Origin: Klebsormidium nitens
Taxonomy: Eukaryota > Plantae > Klebsormidiophyceae
Direction of reading: 5' to 3'
Assembly (NCBI GenBank): GCA_000708835.1
Contig: DF237634.1
Span: 1-44,343, forward strand
DNA length: 44,343 nt
Numbering within the stretch: the first letter of the stretch is position 1; every line of letters starts with the position of its first letter. Positions 33,904 through 44,343 of this stretch are shown here, piece by piece. Under the pieces are notes generated by a model. It was not told the origin of the DNA. It made no database searches and worked only from the letters and a program-made list of their open reading frames with translations. The translations under genes were made by a program, and so were the position numbers.

Positions 33904-35862
33904 CTAGTGGTTCTTGACCATGGACCTCATAATCTGGTCGTTCTTGGAGAGGCCTCCGTTGCCGGTGCCGGAGGGATCCCCCACGGTGTAAGTCGTTCCG
34001 CCCAGGGTGATGGTTCCGGTGAAGGACGCCGACTCGTAGCCGCTCTTGCTCTTGGAGTGAGACGAGAATACCGTGCCGCACGGGGTCGCGTAGGAGTAGT
34101 CGTACGAGCACTTGCTGCAAGAAAAGAACGTCTGCGTTTAGCCCATCAGTATGATCTATCTTCTAAAGCATACACTTGCAATCATTTGATCTTGTTCTGG
34201 AAAGGAACTGTCGGACGGCTTTGAGAGCTTTCGATTGTTAACGACTCTTTGACGGCCAGATCAGCTGAGCGGGCCGCCTACGTCACTTGTCCACTCCACG
34301 TAGACGGCACTCAACGAATGTTCTGCAACGTCTTCGAATCTGTGTCATTTCTACGATGCCAAATTGAGTGTGTAAGTCGGTGCAGGTCCTACTACAGTGC
34401 TTTTACAATCCGTAATTGTTTTCTTTCCTGATCAGACCTCTTAGAACCTGGAACTCTGCGATCAGTACTGGTCACGGATAAGCGACGACGCAACCTGATG
34501 CCTCAACCTCGGCGTAACACTTTGCGCTAAATTGACCGTGCTAAAAGATTCTTCGAAGAACAACGAAGCTGGGCGTATCATACTGTGTGTCATGAGAATC
34601 GATCAAAGCAAACGGGAGGCAATACAAGAGAATGCACAATTCACCTGGAGGAGGCGGTCTGTCCGTTTGCGTTTCCGCTGATGGAAACGGAAGCGGTGGA
34701 GGACGGAACGGAAGACCCCCCGTAACCATAAGAGTACTCCAAGTCCAGCGACGCAGTCACGGAGGCGGACTTCAGGTTCTTGCTGACGTTGACGCCCGTG
34801 GCGTCGGACGTGGAGTACCTGGCGAACGTGACAGGGCCCACTTGAGAATCTCTTACCATTCTTAGTCAGCAGATGAGAAAGAACACATTGTCGATACACA
34901 CAAACGACTTAGAGATATATGGGTATCGGTACGCTTATGGAGATGGTGCGATTCTTTCTGTGATTCTTCGGACTTACAAGATTGAATGTTGAAGCTCGGA
35001 CCACCCGGGACTTGAATTGACTGTCGGAAAGCTGTGGACACTTGACACGCTTACGGTCTACATCTGAAATGGAAGCGATTCCCGAACTCCTCTTCAGGGG
35101 AGGTATAGAAGAATCACCCCCGGGCCCATTTTATTCCGAATCGTCTGAAAAACGAAGTGGCAAGTCGAAACTCATCTCAAAACCCAGAACTCTGCCTTTT
35201 CAGTGGAACTTCCGTAATCTGAAGGCTTGGGTTCCTCGAAATCAATACGCTTGGCCGCAGAAAGTCTTGAGTGAGCGCGCTTCGAAAGAATCGAAACCTG
35301 CTTCTGTTCTGCGGTGCAAGAGAGAAAAGAATACCAGGGACAGGACCGACAAAAACGCTTTCGCGTTTGTCTTACCCCGCGTAGAATCCGGAAGACCCCC
35401 CGCTGGAGCAGTAGTCGAAGCAGCTGACGGACAGGTCGACGTCCGTCGTCTTGGTGGGCTTTCCCGGTTGGTCCTTGGTCATGCCGTCGCTCGCGTACAC
35501 GTTAAGATAGCACGAGCCGCACGTGCCGTACGGCGCGGACGTGTACACGAACGCGGTCTCCGCGGACGACTTGTAGGAGCTGGCGTCAGAGGACGAGGGG
35601 CACGTGGGGGGGTACTGCGCGGCCGCGGGCGCGGCCGCGAGGGCGAAGAGCAGCAGCGGGGCGAAAACGAGAAGGGCTGCCTGCGGAACGGAACGTGCAA
35701 AGGGCCCATCAACAGTCGTTTCAGTGGAAGAGGTTTTCTTGTGTACTTCTGGGCTGTTCGATCTTCCTTTCGGGGTGTCGAGGTTTGCTCTCCGGCCGTC
35801 TAGATGGTTAACATTTCAGGTAGTTCAAGAGCAGAGCGACTCCTTACTTTCCTTGTTGACAT
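33904..35862 (-). CDS. Secreted Ser/Thr/Gly/Tyr-rich protein of unknown function, 234 aa, 4 exons
   Basis: complement(join(33904..34114,34645..34818,35376..35680,35848..35862)), 705 nt, GT-AG, phases 0/2/2. Signal peptide MSTRKAALLVFAPLLLFALAAAPAAA-QYPP; 7 Cys; codons strongly C/G-ending. The exon 3 acceptor is the best of a few candidates. Confidence 0.85.
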
Positions 35863-38800
35863 CCTTGATCAACGAACCTCACTCTCAATCTTTAGTAGAT
35901 CCGCGTCCTCCGACGACAACGCACGTTAGTTTTAGGGCGAGGAAAAGCCCCTTGAAAGAAAGAAAACGTCTTAAAAGCATAAAGCACGACGGATCGCAAT
36001 TGCAACTTTGCTGCCGGAACCATCACTTCGAGTGACTGAAGGGGAAAAGACGTCACGATGACGGCTCACCTTGGAGTCAAGTGGGCGCCTTCCCTTGGAA
36101 CTAATGGTCTTGCCTGCAGTAGGAAAATGTCATATCTATCAAAGCTGAATCGAACAAGCCTTCAACATGCTTTTGGATCAGAGGACCCACTACTTGGAAC
36201 TCCTGATGGGCCGAGTGCATGCATTTGAGGAGGACGTCTCACTATGATCAGAGGCGATAACGGACGGGAGTTATTCTTCGGATTACTATGTCTGGCTATC
36301 CTCCAAGGGCCCATCACAATACTACACGTGTGGCTGCAGAACCGATCAAACGACTCAACGTCCCCATCCCAGGAGTCTTTACTGCTTACCAGCACAGACA
36401 GTATGCATTCTGTGGCCTACAAAGCAGACGGTGCACAAATTGTGACCTCTTACCACCCCAGCATACCTTTAGCAGCAAGGAAAGTTCTCAACTCTGTCGA
36501 GCTCAGAACGTTCCGGTTTACTCGCTCTGAGCCTGAGTCCAGCTACTAGGCATTGAGGCCAGAAGACACCAGCTTATTGTCAGACAAACACAGACATGCT
36601 TCTCGTCAAATTTCCACACATGTTAATGTTTTGGAACGTGGATACGAATCACTGCAAGAAGGCTCACCGAGCGTCTGCCGGCCCTCTGAAGAGAGCGCAA
36701 CTCCAGCAGCAAGGGACGCCATTTGGGCTGAAGATGGATTCGCCTTCAACAGAAAAGAGAGCGGCAGTAGCGAAGAAGGTCGCTGGAAGCTGTTTAGGTC
36801 AAAGGCAGCTGGCAAGGCTTAGTGATGCAGCGAGCAATTGGGGAGAAGCGGCTGCTGTTGCGAAGGTTTGAAATGTTGGACTGCTTGGAAAAAGGCTCTG
36901 AAAAAGATATGGAACTTGCCTCGCTTTTATACCCGTTTCTGATTGACTGAGGCGGATCTTGGGGCTTGTTATGACCAGGACTGTAGGAATGTAGAGACGC
37001 AGTTCCAGTGACCCACTAAAGAGCAGTCACCTTCGACCCAATGCGACCGGTCTAATGTTGAACGGGACTCACGCTTTGAAGCAGGCCACTGGGCGTGTGC
37101 ATGAGCGCTGTACTGCAAAAGATGGGTGTCAAGCATCTGGGTTGTCTGACCGGTCGTTTGATCAGTTCAGGCAGGTGATCACGGCTGCCCTGCTTCAGTA
37201 CTAGCTGGCTACTCATGGTGTTTGTGGAGTGACGGTAGGTAGTAGGTACCGGCTTATGGGGATCACCTTACATTATTACAATTGGAAGCGCCCGCGGCCA
37301 CATCGGACCTGCATATACGTTTTATGATCACTCGATAATGATTGGCGGCTGTAATTAGTCTAGCAATATAATGGAGCCGCTCGCTAAAAAGGTCCGCATA
37401 CCATGATCGTGTGCCGTTGACCGGCACTGACTGCTGCCCATCGCTAGCTGTGTCTATATACATATCAGTAAATGCTTGATGTTTCTCAAGACTATCAGGC
37501 TCTGCCAATCACAGTGATTGCTTGCCAAAGTTTCAACATTAAAGTCAGGCTTCACTTGAACGCGCCAGCGCGCCGTCCGGCCAGCAACACTCGCGTAAGA
37601 TGTTCTGCATGCTGAGCAGGCGCTTAGAAGTTTGGGGAGCAGTACTGGTCGAGACCAGCGGTCGCAGACCTGTCGACCAGTACAATGCAACGCTGCTTGT
37701 CATCTGAAAGCGAGGGTTTTTCTGGGTTTTTCTGGGATTAGGTATAGCAGGCGCGTCATAAGTTCATAACTTGCATGGCGCGCGGCGGGCGAGTGATCGG
37801 ACTGACGCTAAGTTTGACGGTGCGCCAACCGTCGACACTTCTGCACCCCGTTTCGACACTCCGTCAAGTCCCCGTCATCTGCCGTCATCGTGGGAAAACA
37901 CTTATTGTTTCAATGATGGGGAAGCACTTTCGATCCCCGGGGGGTTGGAAAGCTGAAAGAAAGTGCTCGGGGAACACTAGCTGACCAGGCACTTACGTCA
38001 GTCCATTGAGCGGTCGTGCAGGTCCAGGCTTCAGGTATTTTGGCAGAGCCTAGAGGCAAAGCGCTATGACGTAGCATGCCTGTGCTTGAACTAGAAGCCG
38101 TTATGAAAGGAGCCTCTAGCCATGCCTCGCAGCGCCGGTCCGCTTAATGGAGTGACTGATCCGGACTTGGAAGCTGGCCGGCACTTGTTGGTGTAATATA
38201 GTATAAGATTTTAAAAGGGCAGTCTTTTAGGTACATGCAAAATCAGCAGGAGCTTACGCCGGTCCCACGCCGGTAACATAGACCAGATAAACGTACCTTC
38301 CCTAGTACTCACTATAGCTAGCTGGCATGCATGCTAGGAGCTCAGCTTTAGCAGGCCCATTAACTTAAGGGTTGAGAACAAGAGAGCCTGGTGGAGTGCT
38401 CAAGATTTTGATGCGGACAATTAATCAGAACTTCAAATCACACTTCCAGTACAGCCTGTTCTCGATCAATTCACTAGCACTGCTATCTTCTCATGACGTC
38501 CCGGATTCATTGATTCATCGCCTTCATTGCAAATTTGAGCTAAAACAATGCATGTGCTGCCATACGTTCCGCGCGCCATCAAGGTGCACCATGCGGGACT
38601 GATGCATGGTACTGATACAGGATTTTCGAATGTCGGCCGGATGAGTATGCCTAAGTCTAGTTCACTACATCCTCAGGCAAAAGCTAGATGAAACTCAAGA
38701 AAAATAATAGTAAGGCGCCCAGATAATCATCATCATTATTATGATAGTAAGGCATTAACCGCACTGTGGATCGACGGGTAGGGTTAGTATGGTGGTTAGC

Positions 38801-39754
38801 GTGGGTACGGGTGCGAAGCGGGTGTTTCATTTAAGGTTAGGGTTTTTAGTGTTAGTCGGAGCTGACTATCATCTTGGCTTACTAATATTCTTCTTGAGAG
38901 TTATAGAAGCTAGCTTCAGGGCCTCTGTTCAGTCATGAATAGAAGCTAGCGCGGCTCACCCATGCAGATTGAATCCGAGGACCCGGCCGGTAGTAGGATA
39001 GCATTGATTATAGTGATGACAATCAGTGCAAATTCAATATCTTTACGCGCACGGTGGCATGCAAGCGGGGCCCGGCCGTTATTATGGTGAACATGCACCT
39101 GAATGTCTATATGCTTGTCAGGTTGACGAGCTTCGTATAGACCATGACATCGTTTGCGCTGCATGAATTTCAAATCCGATCTTGCACGTTGCTTGCTGTG
39201 CACTCAGACGGTTGAATCTGGCGCTAGCTAGGATTGGGTAAGGTACTATTGTATTAGCTAGCACATGAGTACCAATGATCAAGCTAGCTGCATCATGCAT
39301 TTGAATACGGCTTCAATCAACCTTACCGCGCGATCTCCTAACGTCTGAAAGCCGAGTTGTGCCATGCATGGCGGCAGCTGTGCAGCTATTCTTGCACACG
39401 GGCCCGCCATGTGCAGCGTTGCTCATGATGCATAAAGCTAGTTCAATTGCATCCGGTGACATATGGGGTTCGGGCGGGGTGTTTATTAAACTTACAAAAC
39501 TGTGATCACCATGAAGTGCCCGTGCATCAGTGACCGTTGTGATCCAAGATCTCGTGATCGGTTGGACGGTCGCGAGCTAGATCGATTGTGTGCATCGGTG
39601 CATGTCAGTGCTTCATGGTATATGCTTTGGACATCTTTATACGGTGGAAACGTTTGGCTCGGCCTAGTGACACGGCCGCCCGCTCAGCCCCACTGAATTT
39701 TGGCATGTTGTTCGTTGATTTAAGAGGAACGAGCCGTCGTACGTCAAGGTCAGG

Positions 39755-39787
39755 CTTTAACAACTTTAACAACTTTAACAACTTTAA
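39755..39787 (+). repeat. 9-bp minisatellite (CTTTAACAA) x3.7
   Basis: ctttaacaa ctttaacaa ctttaacaa ctttaa. Confidence 0.9.
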
Positions 39788-40602
39788 ATGCAATCCAATC
39801 CGCGCTTTACTTAATTGTGAAGATGCATAGAAGCACATGTAATTTCGATATAAGCGAGGAGCCATCCGATCTTCCTCACATGCAAGCCACTGAACAGTAA
39901 TCATATAACACATTTACCACATGGAAGTCAAGGCTGTTCAGACAACCTCAATCAATGATTTGCAGTCTCAAATCATCGCACAATATTCCAGATCATGTCT
40001 ACACCGACCAGTCGCATGCCCAATCTCGGCACCCTAGCTATCCACCTCCCCAATCGCCTCCTCGCTCAGGATTGTTCGCACAACATCTCCCAAAAAGATT
40101 GCTGAAGCACTCGACCACCACTACCGGCAACACGTCCTTTGACGAGTAATCACACCGTACAATACAGTCCTACTACAGAGTAAGCAAACCTGCTATACCA
40201 AGCCCATGGCCACCACACACCTACAGCCCGTTCGTATACAGTAAGCCAAACACCCAAAGCCTTCCTTATTTCGACTGCTCGAATTTTCAATCTTCAACTT
40301 TCAATCATCTATTCGAACCGGTCTGTACATCCATCTTCATTTCAATCAGGCTGGTCGCTCGACAGCGACTAGCGGGCGGCGTCAGAGTATGACGTGCCCT
40401 CGAGCCAAGCCCAGACTTTCGCAGCCCACCGGGTCCCTTCCGCAGCTGCACAGATGTGCTGGGGATCAGTGCCAGGGTAGAAAGTATGCAACAAGAAGTC
40501 CGCACAGGAGTGGTACCCGCAAATTTGAACGAGAGCCAGGTAAAAGGCGGGAGGAAGATCCTTCAGGAGCTGCAGATGCCTAGGATCTCCAAAGTGTACT
40601 CG

Positions 40603-43600
40603 TTAAGGATCAAAATGCTTGAACATCCTCAAACAGAAGGCCTTGTCAACAACCGTTTCCTCCTCTAGTTTCTGTCGACGATGGTCAGCCCAATAACTCG
40701 TTCGGGCCTCAGGATCGAGCAGCGGAACAAGCCAAGGACGAGGGTTGGTTGCTGCTAACGGGGTCGAGCCTTGCCTAGCGTAGATTACCGAAGTCCAGTT
40801 TAACGAAAAGCTTTCGCCAAAGCAACGGCCACAAATGAAGGACCAGCGTACATACCCCAGGCCTCGCCCTAGAGACCAAACCACTATCCCGAATTGAACG
40901 CAATCTATATGCCAAGTGCAATCCCCTGATGTTCCGGAACTCACTGCATCGCTCCTGTAATGGCCCCCCCGATTTCACTCGCCAAAAAGTTCCAAAGGGT
41001 TTGCCCCTCCACTTGCGCACATAAATTGGCAAAGCTCGTGTCCCGTAAGGCTCTCTGCAGTCGGTCAGGGCGCTCACCTCTAAGCGCCGCAGCCTCCACC
41101 TTGCGCAGTTTCGCCGCCTTAGCATCCGCGCCGGTCTTCCCGTGCGTTCCAGCGCCTCCCACTCCGTTCTGCTGCCGGCTTACCGCGCCACCTTCGTTGA
41201 CACCATTCCCCGACTCCTTCCCCTTGCCTACCGTCACACCCCCGTTCACGCCCTGACTGCTCGCCACTGCCGCTCCTGACTTGATCGCCACTGCTCCGCT
41301 CTCTTTTTTCGCCTTGGCTTCCTCCTGTAGCTTCTGAAGCGCCAGCATGCAGCACAGCGCCAGCTCATCACCGACTTCACCCCCAAGAGCGTGCCCGCAC
41401 CAGGTGCACGCCGCCACCACCGCAATTGCCGCCTTGCCTTTTCCCTCCTCTAGTTCTTTCCCGTTCGCTTCCCTGCTCGGAACCCCGTTTACCTGAATCC
41501 TGTCCACTTGCGCGATCGCGACCATGTCTGCCGGTCCGCTCGCAGCTTCCTCGATCTCGCACTTGCTTGGTGGGGGGGAAACTGAAACCTCTTTCTTCGG
41601 GTTAGCGAAACCCAGTTGGTTGACCCGGGGGGAAGCTGGGGCTGAGGCCGCGGGGGTGGCAAAGCTTTCGGTGGCGCTGTCGAACCCGTCCAGGTCTTGT
41701 TCCGAGTTAGCCCAACCCAGGCGGTTAACTGGGGGCGCTGCATTCGTTTGGATCGGGCAGTCTTTGGTCGCAGAATCAGACCCATCAGTCGAACCCGTTT
41801 TTGCCAGGTTGGAACCGTTGGGCAAATGAGAGGCTGGGGCGGGGGAGCCTTGTGGGGTGCGGTGCTTTTCGGAGGCTGATTGGAAGCCTTCCGGGCTCTC
41901 TTCCCCATGGTGGCTCCCAATCTGCGAGGTTGTGCTGCCTTGCAGATCAGATGGCGGGGGCTGTGCTGCGCTCGTAAGCGTCGGGAAGTTGGAGGCCTCG
42001 TTGGAACCCAGGTCGAAACTTGAGTGACCGTTAGTAGACTGAGAACTGGGTGCCTTGAGGTTCTGCAGGGGCTTGCCGGCGATGACGTTGGCGGTGGTGT
42101 TGCTTCCAGACTCTGTTACAGGAACATCCGTTGGAGAACGGGACGAACACTTTCAACGTTCAACAAAAGAGTTCAGAACCAAAGCTGCTGAAGATGACCC
42201 AACGAAAGACATCTCAAAGTACTTTTAACATTGACATTGTATGAGGGTTGAGCACAAAAGCTGCTGAAGACGACCCAACAACAGGTGTCCCAAAGTGCAT
42301 TGAAGCACGGCTGAAAATAAATGGGTGATGACCAGGGAAATGGGCAAGCGGTTTAGAAACCTGGGGTCCAAAGTGTTTGGGCAGGAAGAATGTAAATCAC
42401 TTGATCTGTCCGGCCTGTGTTGGTCATCGATCAAGAATGTGGACATGGCGCTGGACTAAGGGACCTGCTAAAGTGCAGGCTTCCCTGGTCCCTTTACCTT
42501 GATATTCTTTGCTGCATCCATCACACTTTCAATCAGATGGACTTGGCGGCAGAGGAAGAACTGGGAACTAATGGCGTCATCCCACCCAGCTAAAGGAAAG
42601 ACTTTGTTCCAGCAGACCTGAGGGAGCAACTTACCACTCTGTCTGCTTTCTCCCACAGGCTGTTTGCCCTCCCTAGGCTTTTCCTGGCGCTCTCTCTCCT
42701 GGACAGCTGTACCACGCCCACCCTTTCCTTCTTCGGGCACAGACCTTTGAACGCCCTCTTTCGCATTCACAGGTTCCCCCGCTGCGCATTTGTCTCCTGA
42801 CCCTTCTTTCTCGGATTGCAGGGTGTGCCTTCCGGCCCCCACTTTGCCCGACCGTGCAGGGAGCGGCAGCAGCCCCCCTTCAAATGAGCCCCCCGGTCTG
42901 TCCGCAAAGATGGGGCCTCTCTTCCATGCATTCCCGCTCGCACCCCCCCTCATTGGACCAGCAAAAGGCAGCCCCCCGTTGACGCTCTCGGGGCTGTTCG
43001 GGAAGGCGTTGAGCACAGAGGTGGGGGTCCTCTCAGGAGACTCCCCGCGATCCTTGCCAGCCTCGGTGTCCACATACCGCTCCTTCTTGGGGGTACTGTA
43101 AGTCTCCGCTGGCACATCCTGGGGGGGAACTTTAGCATGAGCGGCATTCCCCGCAACAAGAGCTGCGTTCTTCTTTCCCTGGACTGGCCCCTCTACCCCC
43201 CCGCTCGCTTGATCATCCTTCCCCTCCTCTAGATCTGCTGCGGCCTTGGTCTTTCGGACCTTGGGTGCAGTCTTCTTGCCAGAGCTCAGGAAGCCCCGCT
43301 TCATTCCCCAGAGAGACGACGAGGCGCGCTTCTTGTCCGGCACCTCTGCAGACGCTGGGACCTTTGCTGACTCCCCCTTCTTGTCCTTCTCTGTCCTGTC
43401 AACTGTTGCCCCCTCTGGCTTCATGTCTCCCTCTGAAGCAGCTTCTTGCCGCTCTGCACTCACTTTGTACGCATTGTCGCATGCACTGTCGTCTGCAGGC
43501 GCTTCAGAGTCGAGTTTGTCCAAACCCTGGTTAGCGATGACCCCACCCCTTGCCACCTCCTGCATTTTACCGCTCTTCCCAGCAACCCCCGGCACAATCC

Positions 43601-44174
43601 CAGCTCTCTGAGAAGGACCATTAATTGGAACACCAGCATCTCCAGTTGCGTCCACATTCTTCCCCCCAGCCTTTGGAGACCCTGCTCTGGAGACCTTACT
43701 TCCTCTGATGATTTTGTTTTCCTTGGGAGCCTTCGTTGGTGAACCCTGTCCATCGGAATTGACAGCCTGTCCCCCTTCACCGCCATCTGGCTTGGCAAGG
43801 CTTATCCCCCCTTCACCAGAGCTCACATTGTCTTCCCCCCCTTCTTGCAAGGTACTGTCATCTGATACCCCCTTTTGAGGACTTGCATTGTCCTTCCCCT
43901 CTTCTCTGCCTACCACATTCACCTTCTGAGAGCTCTCACTGTCCCATGCCCCTTTGACTGCAGACAAATAAGCACCTTGGCCGGTCGTCCAGACTTGCGA
44001 CTCTCCCAGATTGCCAGGTTTCTCCATCTGATGCACTAAATTAACTTCGGTTGATGTTTTGTCTTTTGGAATGCCTTGCCCCCGGCCCCTCCTCCATCTT
44101 CTCAAAGCGCCGACGGCAGCCGCCGCCGCACCCAAGAAGCTCAGCACCACGACAGGATTTTGCGGGACCCCCAT
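40603..44174 (-). CDS. Large signal-anchored, mostly disordered protein of unknown function (about 959 aa; C-terminus may extend to 40369)
   Basis: complement(join(40603..40774,40945..42112,42635..44174)); donors G|gtaagt and CA|gtgagt, phases consistent. N-terminal hydrophobic helix plus basic cluster (VVVLSFLGAAAAAVGALRRWRRGRG), about 800 aa of G/K/E/S/A/P-rich sequence, then a folded-looking C-terminal region. The 3' end is uncertain. Confidence 0.75.
42181..42279 (+). repeat. Short direct repeat in intron 1 of the signal-anchored protein gene
   Basis: aaagctgctgaaga(t/c)gacccaac at 42181-42203 and 42257-42279 (22/23 identical, 76-nt spacing). Confidence 0.8.
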
Positions 44175-44343
44175 CTTAGCGTATGTTGAGCAGCAACTCT
44201 CTCAAATTGGACAGGCCAGTATTTCCAGTGCCCTAGCGTCTGAGTCTAGACTCTACATTGCGCTTTCGTGGCCGCCACCACGGCCAGCACGCAACTCATC
44301 AGCCTCCATGAACCATCCCCTCCAGACTACACTATACATAGGT

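Noticed and set aside
36240-36360. IRGDNGREL as a retroviral integrase SDNGxEF motif
   Set aside because: Single short word; flanking integrase motifs are not convincingly present.
1-44343. CRISPR array, rRNA, Fanzor/TnpB or tyrosine-recombinase genes
   Set aside because: No regularly spaced repeat-spacer array, rRNA signature, RuvC DRDxNAA motif or HSLR motif was seen on either strand by eye.

Overview
Eukaryotic, intron-rich genomic DNA. It comes from a photosynthetic streptophyte, and its style (tgcag acceptors; gtgag/gtaag/gtgcg donors) suggests a Klebsormidium-like charophyte alga, which is an inference. There is no prokaryotic operon, CRISPR array or rRNA, and no convincing intact tRNA gene. 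Hand-spliced models recover six genes: (1) LQY1, 5 exons, minus strand; (2) a 2-exon Myb/SANT-like coiled-coil protein, plus strand; (3) TrmO/TsaA tRNA methyltransferase, 8 exons over 10 kb, with an apparent GC-AG first intron, a 5.2-kb third intron and duplicated decoy copies of its last exon junction; (4) a Pro-rich, C-terminally membrane-anchored surface glycoprotein broken by an assembly gap and apparent frameshifts; (5) a 234-aa secreted protein with no domain I recognise; (6) a roughly 960-aa signal-anchored, largely disordered protein with an in-frame stop before a further protein-like segment. A 478-bp MITE-like element with perfect 18-bp TIRs and an 8-bp TSD lies at 27360-27837. Long intronic and intergenic tracts contain stop-riddled reading frames that look like decayed mobile or viral DNA but cannot be assigned by eye. 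Most short ORFs in the supplied track are antisense or off-frame noise.
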